Positions 35,777 through 45,229 of a DNA stretch of 64,000 nt are shown piece after piece. The stretch lies in contig OZ252243.1 of the NCBI GenBank assembly GCA_965249555.1, positions 192,001-256,000 of the forward strand, read 5' to 3'. Within the stretch, counting starts at the first letter, position 1. Every line of letters starts with the position of its first letter. The DNA comes from Nitrosopumilus sp. (GTDB lineage Archaea; Thermoproteota; Nitrososphaeria; Nitrososphaerales; Nitrosopumilaceae). Below the pieces are notes generated by a model, which saw nothing but the letters and a program-made list of their open reading frames with translations, did not search any database and was not told where the DNA came from. A program made the translations under genes and the position numbers.

Positions 35777-36150
35777 ATTGCTTTAATGTGACCAGCTATT
35801 TTGTTATAAATTTCATAAAGTTCTTTGGTAATACCAAAGGCAATGTGATCATCCCATTTACTTCTAATTCTTACTGCACCATCAGTAGGCTCCACATAGA
35901 TAGTAGAATTTTTGATTGATTGCTTTGCAATCATTTCATTTAGTTCATTATCATCATTTAGTTTTGAAGCTAAACTGCCAGGACCATTCCATTCAACTTT
36001 AACAACAGTTTTTGAACCAAAATGCCCTTTAGTTGTTAGTTCTGTTTTTGCAAGATAGTCTCCATCTGCATTACCAGTGTCTTTTCTTACAATGAAATGT
36101 GCTTGAAATCTGTCTTGGGCACCCCAGGGGATTGGATTTGGATCTTGCAT
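35773..36150 (-). CDS. Hypothetical protein
   Basis: 125-aa ORF. Confidence 0.7.
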   Translation of the reverse strand: MQDPNPIPWGAQDRFQAHFIVRKDTGNADGDYLAKTELTTKGHFGSKTVVKVEWNGPGSLASKLNDDNELNEMIAKQSIKNSTIYVEPTDGAVRIRSKWDDHIAFGITKELYEIYNKIAGHIKAI

Positions 36151-36152
36151 TT

Positions 36153-36389
36153 CTATCCCTTTTGAATTATTTGAATTACATCGATGTTAGAGTTCTTAAC
36201 ATCAAGGCATCCTCGATTAGTTATCATTCTAGGTGTTTGAGCAAAATATCTACTATAGTAATCATCTTTTTCAACATCATCAGTTCCAATCTCTTTTGAC
36301 TCTGAATCCACTCCGATCTCCTTTAACATATCACTAAATTTTTCAGGCCATGTTTTGGAAACAAATGTATCTAATTCAGCATCATGCAT
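36153..36389 (-). CDS. Hypothetical protein (possibly 5'-truncated)
   Basis: 78-aa ORF directly upstream of the previous gene. Confidence 0.55.
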   Translation of the reverse strand: MHDAELDTFVSKTWPEKFSDMLKEIGVDSESKEIGTDDVEKDDYYSRYFAQTPRMITNRGCLDVKNSNIDVIQIIQKG

Positions 36390-36594
36390 GAAAAATCAAG
36401 AGGCATACCCACAAATAAAGTTAGTCAGATTAGTTTTATCTACTTGAATTTATTCTAGTCACAGTTTCTATATGTTATTTTCAGATGACATTAAAGACAG
36501 TTAGATTTTTTGCAAAAGGCTTTTTTAGATGATATACATTTTCTTCAAGTTGTGTACTTTAATTTTAGGCAATAAAATAAATCCCGATTATCAA

Positions 36595-36855
36595 GTGAAT
36601 CGATCAACAGAACTCGACATTATGATGATGTTTGGTGCTGGTGCATCAAGTCCATCTGGAATTCCAACAATAGATGAAATGACATCAGAATTTTTAGAAG
36701 AATATCAAAAAAAAGAATGCCATCTATTTTGAGTGTATTAAAGAAGATTACTAAATTCCAATTTGAGAAAGTGGGTCTAGATACTATTATGGGTGTGGTC
36801 GTTCAATTTGAAGACAAAAAATATAGAGAACTTTTGGAGAATAAATTTTCCCAAC
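36595..36855 (+). pseudogene. SIR2-like protein remnant
   Basis: MMMFGAGASSPSGIPTIDEM (GAGAS..GIP Sir2 start), then frameshift/stop in an A run. Confidence 0.6.
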
Positions 36856-36988
36856 CCCATAATACTCACAAATTTACTTGTAATTGTGAATAATTAATTC
36901 ACAAGCCATTGAAACCAATAATAGGCATTATACTTTGAAATCACAGGTAATTTCTGATTTAATCAGACAGTCGCAAAAGTGTAAGCGA

Positions 36989-37252
36989 TTACACAGCATT
37001 AGCTGCCATTTCTTGTTCAGCTATTTTCATTGCACGTTCTGTAGCAATACTTGATGACAGTTTTTCTAAATACTTGGATTTTGAAGAATCTGGATTCAGC
37101 TTGAATAACATCGCTTTTCCAACATTTCTATTTTTAAAAATTACATTTTCTGCTGCCAGTTTGTTTACTTCTTTTAGAGTAGTTTTAAAACCTATTCCAG
37201 AATTTCTTGCAATGTCTGAAATTGAATAGTCATAACTTCTAAAAGTTATCAT
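36989..37252 (-). pseudogene. HTH protein with its 5' end cut by the adjacent transposon
   Basis: YSISDIARNSGIGFKTT HTH; ORF begins 10 nt from the left terminal repeat. Confidence 0.55.
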
Positions 37253-37374
37253 AAAATGATAACTGTAACGTTGTCGTTACTTGAAATACGGATCTTCTAA
37301 GGATTGAAAGGGGTAATTATTCGTGTTAACTGTTGAGGGATGAGCTTTTAGATTAGTTAGAATCTTGTAAAATT

Positions 37375-37449
37375 GGACTTGTTGCATAGTTTGGATAGTG
37401 CAGGTGGCTTCGAACCATCAGGTCAGGGGATCGAAGCCCCTCAAGTCCT
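37375..37449 (+). tRNA. tRNA-Arg(TCG), transposon-borne divergent copy
   Basis: Stems GGACTTG/CAAGTCC, GCAT/GTGC, GGTGG/CCATC around CT-TCG-AA, AGGGG/CCCCT. Confidence 0.85.
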
Positions 37450-38364
37450 TTACCACCATTCACTATCATTATACATATTGTTTGGAACACCAACAAGTCT
37501 AACGTCAAATTTTAATGAAGGCTCAATTTTTGTCCTGGCGTTATGAATCCTAAATGACAATTCCCAACCTTGATCAAATATCATCTCTAGTTTGTTATTG
37601 TTAATTATCCGAGTCCTGATAATTTCAGTAGGAAATCTTAGTTTTTTAACATTGTAATTGGGTTTTATTCTGCCTGATTGTCTGTTCAATGTACCATAGA
37701 AATTATACCCCTGAATCTGCGTGTATTTGTCATACTTCATGATCTTGTAAAAGTCGTTTGTACCTACAAGATATTTGATAAGTTGCATTGGAATACGGGA
37801 ATTTTCCTGTGTAAATCTACAAATTTCTGTTTCAAATGCCTTTAGAACTGGCATGTAATAATCAATATGCTTGTTTTCTAGCTGATTCCATTCCATAAGA
37901 CTATCCAAACCTCTGAGTTTTCCAAAAATTTCTTTAGCACTATTCATGTATGTTTCAGAACATCTTATCCCAAACCATTGTTTGCCAAAGTCTATACTGT
38001 CTGATAGCCTTGAATGTTTTACTGCATTGTTTTTATTTTTGGCAGAAAAACCAATTTGCCATGAATCTGTATTTAATATTACAATATCTCTGACATCACC
38101 AGATATTTTCTTTTGATCTGATTGAATGGTAATTGTCATAGGATTAGTGTCTTTCAAGTGTGGCTCTAGGTTTATGATGTGGCTTATTGCAGCTTGTGAA
38201 GCTGATTTGTATTCCTGTTGCGATGCTTCATCAAATAGATTGAAGCATTTTTGTGCCGTATCATAAGATGAATCTTTTACAAACTTTGCATTCTGTACCT
38301 TCTCATACAATGAATGACCTAAAGCATATTCAAAGGCTTTGCCTGATTGAGTCTGACTAGGCAT
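37450..38364 (-). CDS. HaeIII-family type II restriction endonuclease
   Basis: GKAFEYA, GDVRDIV, SAKNKNNAVKHSRLS, FRIHNA..EPSLKFDV. Confidence 0.8.
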   Translation of the reverse strand: MPSQTQSGKAFEYALGHSLYEKVQNAKFVKDSSYDTAQKCFNLFDEASQQEYKSASQAAISHIINLEPHLKDTNPMTITIQSDQKKISGDVRDIVILNTDSWQIGFSAKNKNNAVKHSRLSDSIDFGKQWFGIRCSETYMNSAKEIFGKLRGLDSLMEWNQLENKHIDYYMPVLKAFETEICRFTQENSRIPMQLIKYLVGTNDFYKIMKYDKYTQIQGYNFYGTLNRQSGRIKPNYNVKKLRFPTEIIRTRIINNNKLEMIFDQGWELSFRIHNARTKIEPSLKFDVRLVGVPNNMYNDSEWW

Positions 38365-39145
38365 TTTTCTTATCAGCCAAATCGTTACTCAGTATCAGGA
38401 CTTCCCTTGAATTTTTATTGTTTGACATTCCATATTTCCATTTAGGATAATAAAATTCAAAGGCATCATACATCTTGTCAATCTGACTACAGTCATTATA
38501 CGATAAAATCCAGTTGTCTCTATTCTTTAGAATTTTTGCCAATCCCTCATGGTCAAAGCCACAATGCAAATCTCCTTTATTTCCATAAAGTTTCTGATCA
38601 ATCAGGTATGGCGGATCAAGATATAACAGATTGTCTTTTGATTTAGGTATTGATTCCTTAAAATCAGCTTGTTCCACATGTAGGTTTTTTATCTGGAAGT
38701 TTTCAATTCTCTCTATTGATGAAATAGTAAATCGTGGATGGTTGGGAGACATACCACCTGACATTGTAGTACCAGAAAATGATGAGCGATTTAATACATA
38801 AAAAATAGCTGCTCGTTTATATTTTGACTGTGATCTGTGTTGGGATTTTTGAAGTTCATAAAATCTATCCTTGGATAATGGATAATATTCTTTGATGATT
38901 TTTGCAAGTTTGATTCTGTTATTCAAAAGACACTGCCAAAACTCTACAAGTGGTTTGAAATTATCATACCCATAGACAGTGATTCCGTTATTGACACATG
39001 CCAATTCAATAGATCCGCCTCCAAGAAAAGGTGAATAAATTACATCTGTTTCATGTGGAATAAAACTTGATATTTTAATTATCCCTCGTGATTTTCCTCC
39101 CGCATATCTTAGCGGTGAACGTGGCTCTTTTCTCAATACCAACAT
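38357..39145 (-). CDS. Dam/D12-class amino-methyltransferase
   Basis: SPLRYAGGKS, SPFLGGGS, LYLDPPY, ILSYND. Confidence 0.9.
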   Translation of the reverse strand: MLVLRKEPRSPLRYAGGKSRGIIKISSFIPHETDVIYSPFLGGGSIELACVNNGITVYGYDNFKPLVEFWQCLLNNRIKLAKIIKEYYPLSKDRFYELQKSQHRSQSKYKRAAIFYVLNRSSFSGTTMSGGMSPNHPRFTISSIERIENFQIKNLHVEQADFKESIPKSKDNLLYLDPPYLIDQKLYGNKGDLHCGFDHEGLAKILKNRDNWILSYNDCSQIDKMYDAFEFYYPKWKYGMSNNKNSREVLILSNDLADKKNA

Positions 39146-39182
39146 TTTCTGTTACTTCCTTTTACATTTTCTAATCTTACAA

Positions 39183-39356
39183 TCATTCCTTCATTAATTC
39201 CAAAACAATTTTCCCTGTCTTGAGATCCAATGTCCACTTTAGTTTGTCATTAGTCGTAATCTCCAACAGATCTGCAATGTATTTAGGAATTGTACAGCGT
39301 ACAGTTTGATTCTTGTTTGCGATTACAACGTTTGAATATTTTACCAAATTCTTCAT
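39183..39356 (-). CDS. AbrB/MazE-like small DNA-binding protein
   Basis: MKNLVKYSNV..VRCTIPKYIADLLEITTNDKLKW..; divergent from the transposase. Confidence 0.6.
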   Translation of the reverse strand: MKNLVKYSNVVIANKNQTVRCTIPKYIADLLEITTNDKLKWTLDLKTGKIVLELMKE

Positions 39357-39433
39357 GCCTATCTTTATGACCTGTTATATTTATGCCTATATCAAAGGGC
39401 ATAACTCATATCGGCATATTAATGCCTATAAGC

Positions 39434-40559
39434 ATGAATCAAATAACTCAAAGAGCCAAACTGATGATGGAAAACCAGACTGTGCAGTACAGTTTAGCCC
39501 TGACAAATTTAGCGTAAGATCACAGAGCATTCCTCAAGTTCATTATATCATATCAAAGACAGACAACGGATTGATCTGTGATTGTCCAGACCACATCAAG
39601 AGAAAATCAGACTGCAAGCACATCAAGATTGTACTGGAGCTAATCAAGAAAAATCAAGGTAACATTCAAGAGTTTAGAATGATGGACAGGTCAATATTCA
39701 ATCTTTGCAAGTTCTGTGATTATGGCAGACTAATCAAAAAAGGAATCAGAAAAAACAAGCAAGGGGATGTCCAGCAATACAGATGTAAAGATTGTAATAA
39801 AATATTTACTTTGAATCTTGGCTTTGAGAAAATGAAATCCAAAGACGTTCTAATCACCAGAGTCTTGCAGATGTACTTTGCAGGAATGTCAGTCAGAGAC
39901 ATTGCAGACTGTTTTGAACAAGAAGACATCAAGGTATCTCATATGACAATCTACAGATGGATTGAAAAATACTCCAAAATAACCAGTAATTATCTCAAGG
40001 GCGTAGTGCCAAGAGTATCTGAAATTTGGAGAACAGATGAAATCTTTATGAAAATCAAATGCGATATGAAACTACAGTATTCCATGCTTGACCATGAGAC
40101 CAGATTTATGATAACTCAATATGTGGCAAATACCAAAGGCACTGAAAATGTCAATCCAATGTTTAGAGAAGCTATGATGATTATAGATAAGATACCAACC
40201 ACACTAATTTCTGATGGAGCTGTAAACTTTCACGAAGCATGGGAAGAAAATTACAAGGCAAAGAATTTTCTTTGGAAAGATACCGAACACATCAGACATA
40301 TTCACATGAAAGGCGACAAGAACAACAACAGAATAGAAAGATTAAACGGTACAATCAGGGATAGAGAAGTTGCATACAGAGGGATAGAGAAGATGAACAG
40401 TCCATTATTTGATGGCTTTCAAACGTTCTATAATTTCTCAAAAAAGCACACAGTAGAATTGGCAAGAAGACTACAGCTGAGATGGCAGGTATTCTAGTAG
40501 ATGGAAATAACAAGTGGAAAACTATCATACAAAACGCCTCACTTAGTCAATACCAATAA
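39434..40559 (+). pseudogene. IS6-like DDE transposase with SWIM and Zn-ribbon domains, apparently frameshifted twice
   Basis: CDCPDH..CKH, CKFC..CKDC, WRTDE, ISDG, NNRIERLNG; frameshifts near 39470 (A run) and 40450 (CACACA) would restore MNQITQRAKLMMEKP and GKKTTAEMAGI..NKWKTIIQNA. Confidence 0.75.
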
Positions 40560-40690
40560 TCATCATTTTAGGAATTTTAGAACTTGTAAATTTTTCAATC
40601 CTTAGAAGATCCGTATTTCAGGTAACGACAACGTTACAGTACCCAGAGATCAATCCAATTAAATATCACAAAAGGTTTTACAGTTCATCT

Positions 40691-42460
40691 ATGCTGAAAT
40701 TTCAAGACAAAGTTGCTCTAATTACAGGTAGTGGTACTGGAATAGGTTTAGCCATTGCTACGAAATTTGTTGAAAATGGAGCAAGTGTAATTATCCTTGG
40801 AAGAAGAAAAAAAGTGCTAGAAGAGGCAGCAATAAAACTAGAAGATGCCATATCCAAAGTAAACAGTGGATCAAAAGTTACAATTTTTGCAGGAGTTGAT
40901 GTAGCTGATGAAGCTGCAATGAATAACATGTTTGATTCACTAAAAAATGACAACGTTACAATAGATTACATAATTAACAATGCAGGGGTTTCAGGTCCTG
41001 TTACATGTTTTGCAAATGCACCACTTGATGAATTCAAAAGTACTATTGCAATACACCTAACGGGAACATTTTGGGGCTCTGTACAAGCACTAAAAGTAAT
41101 GAAAGAAGGAGGAAAAATCATTACAATTTCAACATTCTTTACTGAAGAGAGACCATTAGAACAGAGACCTTACAGATTTAGAAGTCCATACACTGCATCA
41201 CAAGGTGCAAAGAACAGACTAGCTGAGGCAATGTCATGGGAATTAACAGACAAAGGAATTATATCCATTGCAACAAACCCAGGACCAGTACACTCTGATA
41301 GAATTTACAAGACAGTTTATCCAAAAGCTGCATCAGAATTTATGAGAGTTGGTGGATTTGAAGATCTAAGTCCAGTTGAAGTTGAAGAGGCAAGCAAAGA
41401 ATTGTTAGAATGTATACTGAAAGAGGGGGTAGATACAGAGGGAATTGCAAAAGTATCTGAAAAACTAGCAAACGGAAAGGATGTTGCCAAAGTGACTGGG
41501 ACATTTACAAAGTTATTAGAACAAATTCAAAGTCTTGCAGGAAAAATTCAAAATAACACATCACATATGATTGCAAATAAAGAATTTCTATCACAAGTAC
41601 AAGTTGCAGAATCAGTTCTCAACTTGTGTGATGATGAAATAGCAAAAATTCTAAATGGAAAAGTTGTTCCTGGAGACAGGGTATTTTATCCTGTAAGACC
41701 GCATATTGGAACCACAACACCGGGAGTTCACCAAGCGGATTTTAGCGGCAAAGTAGTTGTATTTACCATTGATGCAACTGATAAAGTAGATGCAGAAAGA
41801 GTAGTATTTTTGGCACAGCATATTGAGAAAAATGGGGGAAGAGCTGCATGTTTCATTTCAGAGTCTACACCAAAAGAACTTCAAGAGTATATCAGTAGCA
41901 AATGTCACACACATATTTTTGACATCAAGAATACTGAAGAGGTCGAAAAGTGGTTAAACACTGCTAAAACTAATCACGGCGAGATCCTAGCAGTAGTTCA
42001 TGTTACAGGAAAATTACCAGAAATATCAAAATTAACTGAATTATCCAGAACTGCATGGGAAGGACTTGTTGAAAAATTCATTTCAACTCCAGCAACTGTA
42101 TCTCAGAGGGCACTAGAACAATTTGTTCCAGGTGGAGGTAAAGACCCACGTCTTTACAAAGATGCAAAAGGTGCAATCATGATAATTGGTCCAGACCTTC
42201 CAATTGGAAGAAAAGTTACGGGAACGCAAAGAGCTCAGGTAGAAGTTTTCAGAGGGGCACTAAGACCATTCACAACTACAGTTAACCAAGAACTAAGTGA
42301 TGTTCTAAAATCAAAAATTAGAATGTTTACAGTATTTCCAGGTACAGTTACGGGTTTAGAGCCAAACAATCAAAGAATTGCAGATGCATTTAATTTCCTT
42401 GTATCAGATAGTGCAGCCTCATCAGCAGAAATTGTTTTCTGTGTTGATGAATCAAGATAA
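40691..42460 (+). CDS. Large SDR-family oxidoreductase
   Basis: ITGSGTGIG, INNAGVSG, PYRFRSPYTASQ, NPGPVHSDR. Confidence 0.85.
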   Translation: MLKFQDKVALITGSGTGIGLAIATKFVENGASVIILGRRKKVLEEAAIKLEDAISKVNSGSKVTIFAGVDVADEAAMNNMFDSLKNDNVTIDYIINNAGVSGPVTCFANAPLDEFKSTIAIHLTGTFWGSVQALKVMKEGGKIITISTFFTEERPLEQRPYRFRSPYTASQGAKNRLAEAMSWELTDKGIISIATNPGPVHSDRIYKTVYPKAASEFMRVGGFEDLSPVEVEEASKELLECILKEGVDTEGIAKVSEKLANGKDVAKVTGTFTKLLEQIQSLAGKIQNNTSHMIANKEFLSQVQVAESVLNLCDDEIAKILNGKVVPGDRVFYPVRPHIGTTTPGVHQADFSGKVVVFTIDATDKVDAERVVFLAQHIEKNGGRAACFISESTPKELQEYISSKCHTHIFDIKNTEEVEKWLNTAKTNHGEILAVVHVTGKLPEISKLTELSRTAWEGLVEKFISTPATVSQRALEQFVPGGGKDPRLYKDAKGAIMIIGPDLPIGRKVTGTQRAQVEVFRGALRPFTTTVNQELSDVLKSKIRMFTVFPGTVTGLEPNNQRIADAFNFLVSDSAASSAEIVFCVDESR

Positions 42461-42708
42461 GAATAAAATCTAAAATTAAAATAGATTAATCCTCATATTC
42501 GTCATCATTTCTTCGTGATGGTCTTATAGGAATGTACAATATTGTCATAATCATAAATTATGGAATTTGTATTTAGCAGAGATGTAGAAAGTTTCATGTA
42601 TTAGATTAGTGTCTGATATTATTATGGAACATGACAATAGTATGCATACAATAAATACTATTTCCAATACTATGCTGAGTTTATTTTTTTTAACATCTCA
42701 GAAAACAA

Positions 42709-43242
42709 TCAAGAATATTTTAACGAATCCAATTTTGACAACAAAACTATTTCGTTCTCATCGTCATCCTTGTGGATTAGTAAAATACTCATCGTTCCAT
42801 CGGTAAAGTCACTTTTTCTATCGTATATGCTTTTTCTATCGTATATGCTTTTTCTATCGTATATGCTTTTTCTATCGTATATGCTTTTTCTATCGTATAT
42901 GCTTTTTCTATCGTATATGCTTTTTCTATCGTATATGCTTTTTCTATCGTATATGCTTTTTCTATCGTATATGCTTTTTCTATCGTATATGCTTTTTCTA
43001 TCGTATATGCTTTTTCTATCGTATATGCTTTTTCCGCCAACAAAAATCATTTGATAATCATTTGCTTTGCAGTATTCATTGAAATCATGAACTTTTTCTG
43101 GTTGGACATGGTATGGAAAAAAGACCATTGATTTTGAAGTTGAAGGAATTCTGAACAGGTGATCTACATTGAATCGCACTTTATTCTGAGACAAATCAAG
43201 AAATTCATTATTCAATCCAATTTTGTATGATATATCAATCAT
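42709..43242 (-). CDS. Hypothetical protein with (KSIYDR)12
   Basis: Open frame through the tandem repeat; start chosen at MIDISY. Confidence 0.55.
   Translation of the reverse strand: MIDISYKIGLNNEFLDLSQNKVRFNVDHLFRIPSTSKSMVFFPYHVQPEKVHDFNEYCKANDYQMIFVGGKSIYDRKSIYDRKSIYDRKSIYDRKSIYDRKSIYDRKSIYDRKSIYDRKSIYDRKSIYDRKSIYDRKSIYDRKSDFTDGTMSILLIHKDDDENEIVLLSKLDSLKYS
42812..43034. repeat. Perfect 18-bp tandem repeat x12
   Basis: Unit ctttttctatcgtatatg repeated 12 times plus a 7-nt partial. Confidence 0.97.
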
Positions 43243-43314
43243 TGTAATTATCAAGCCATCTGATGTATTTAAAAGAAATTTTAATGTGGAGTTTAAGAAT
43301 ATATGTGATACAAT

Positions 43315-43995
43315 TTGAAAATTAGTGAAATCTTTGAATCCATTCAAGGTGAAGGAGTTAATGCAGGAAAAGAATCTATTTTTATCCGAACTGCTCTGTG
43401 TAATTTAAAATGTTCCTGGTGTGATACAAAATACACTTGGGATTGGAAAAATTTTGATTATGATACTGAAGTTCATGAACTGTCAATTGATGAAATATTA
43501 CAAAAATTAGAAAATTTTTCTGCAAAGAATATTGTAATTACTGGAGGCGAGCCATTAATGCAGCAAGAAGAATTGATCTCATTGATATTATCATTTCCAA
43601 AAAAATTCTTTATAGAAATTGAAACAAATGGAACAATTCTTCCCTTAGATAAATTAGTTTCATTAATTGATCAATGGAATGTATCGCCTAAAACTTCAAA
43701 CTCTAATAATCTGATTGAACAATGTGAGATTGCAAATTGTTATAATTTTTTTAAGAATAATTCAAAAACATTTTTTAAATTTGTCGTAGAAACTGAATCT
43801 GATATTTTCGAAATAACTGAACTTGTAAAAAAATACAACATTGATAAATCTAAAATTTTTCTTATGCCTCAAGCTATTACAAAAGATGATTTAATTTCAA
43901 AAGAATCTTTGATAAAACCTTTATGTGAGAAAAATGGTTTTAGATATTCACCAAGATTACATGTACTAAAATGGGGAAATGCTAGAGGGCGCTAG
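43315..43995 (+). CDS. queE: 7-carboxy-7-deazaguanine synthase (radical SAM)
   Basis: EIFESIQGEG, CNLKCSWCDT, ITGGEP, IETNG, VSPK, PRLH. Confidence 0.9.
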   Translation: MKISEIFESIQGEGVNAGKESIFIRTALCNLKCSWCDTKYTWDWKNFDYDTEVHELSIDEILQKLENFSAKNIVITGGEPLMQQEELISLILSFPKKFFIEIETNGTILPLDKLVSLIDQWNVSPKTSNSNNLIEQCEIANCYNFFKNNSKTFFKFVVETESDIFEITELVKKYNIDKSKIFLMPQAITKDDLISKESLIKPLCEKNGFRYSPRLHVLKWGNARGR

Positions 43996-44229
43996 TTACT
44001 TTGAAACCAAACAATACGCTGAATTTCCCTCAAAAAATCTTACACTAGATAGAGGTATTTTCCCTTCAAGATTCTCAAAAATCCATGCTGCTATGTTTTC
44101 AGATGTGGGAAAATCAAACATTTTATCCAGATCTTTGTGATCTAGTTGACTGATTACATTCCAGCATGTTTTTTTCATTTCATCAAAATCTAATATCATA
44201 TTGTCTTGGTAGGTAGGGCCTTTTTTCAA
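43996..44229 (-). pseudogene. queD: 6-carboxytetrahydropterin synthase C-terminal fragment
   Basis: MILDF..LDH..PTSENIA..FE; N-terminal His motifs absent. Confidence 0.7.
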
Positions 44230-44239
44230 TGCAGTTTGG

Positions 44240-45154
44240 CTATTTTCTAGGATCCAAGCCTAACTGAAGCAATTTTCGAATACATTCATTACGAAATTTT
44301 TCTGCTTCGGCTCTTTCTTTTGTGATGCATTCTTCAGGATTTCCATAGGTCCAATCATTCATTAATGACAAATGACAAAAGAATCCCATAAAAAATGATG
44401 GTAGTTGTTGCCAAAATTCAGGAATTTTTGTAGTATCCATAAATATTGTGGTGTTGACTAAATCATAAAAAACATAATTGGAATTTATCAAATTTGTTTT
44501 TATTTTTATTTCTGGAGGGTTGATTTCATAAAATCCTGAAAATAAGAGTACTGCATCATTGTATTTTTTGTTTTTTATCAACTCATACACGTTTACTAAA
44601 ATTTTATCAGATGGTCTTTGATATCTATCGTATTTTGTTGTTCTATTGAGAAAATTTTCTATGATTGGATTTTTAACTTCCTTCCCTTCAAGTATATCTT
44701 CTATTTGCTCATTTTCATTAAATCCTTGAATTGATTCTTCTACCATTTCATCAATTAGTATTGATGCCATATCTGCATAATTTTTCCAATTTATGTTGCC
44801 TTTTGGAAGTATCAGTCTGTCATATGCAATAATCAAACAATCATTAGTGGGTGTTAAAATATTACTGATTTTAGTTTGGCTTCCCTCCTTCCCTCTATCT
44901 GATTCTTCGTTTTCATTCATGTATTCTTCCATGTCCTCATTAACATAATCCACAATATCATTTGCTTCTTTTTTTGTGAATTTGGTTCTCTCTCTTTTCC
45001 AAATTAGCATGTATTTTGAATCTGGTACGGAAAATTTGAATTCAACTGATTCCCAAGTTCTACTACTTTGTAAATCATCAGAAACATGAAAATCATATAC
45101 TTCTCCATCCTTGTTTGCAAAACCAAAAATGTATGATAAGGCAGGTTCTTTCAA
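44240..45154 (-). CDS. Hypothetical protein
   Basis: 304-aa ORF. Confidence 0.7.
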   Translation of the reverse strand: MKEPALSYIFGFANKDGEVYDFHVSDDLQSSRTWESVEFKFSVPDSKYMLIWKRERTKFTKKEANDIVDYVNEDMEEYMNENEESDRGKEGSQTKISNILTPTNDCLIIAYDRLILPKGNINWKNYADMASILIDEMVEESIQGFNENEQIEDILEGKEVKNPIIENFLNRTTKYDRYQRPSDKILVNVYELIKNKKYNDAVLLFSGFYEINPPEIKIKTNLINSNYVFYDLVNTTIFMDTTKIPEFWQQLPSFFMGFFCHLSLMNDWTYGNPEECITKERAEAEKFRNECIRKLLQLGLDPRK

Positions 45155-45229
45155 TAATGATTAATAATTTATTCTAATATTTGAAACTATTCTTGTGTCT
45201 GCTAAATAGAATCACTAACAAACAAATAA

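Larger units (their letters stand above)
37262..40640. mobile_element. Cargo transposon with 48-bp terminal inverted repeats
   Basis: actgtaacgttgtcgttacttgaaatacggatcttctaaggattgaaa (37262-37309) and its inverse at 40593-40640 (1 mismatch); contains an IS6-like transposase. Confidence 0.85.

Noticed and set aside
39313-39433. Long N-terminus of the IS6-like ORF in the ORF track
   Set aside because: It overlaps the divergent AbrB-like gene and promoter; ATG 39434 plus a frameshift fits better.
37250-40650. Target-site duplication around the 48-bp-TIR element
   Set aside because: Flanks (aaatgata / acccagag) do not match.
42812-43034. Possible CRISPR array
   Set aside because: Units are contiguous with no spacers, 18 bp long, in frame in a gene, and no cas genes are present.
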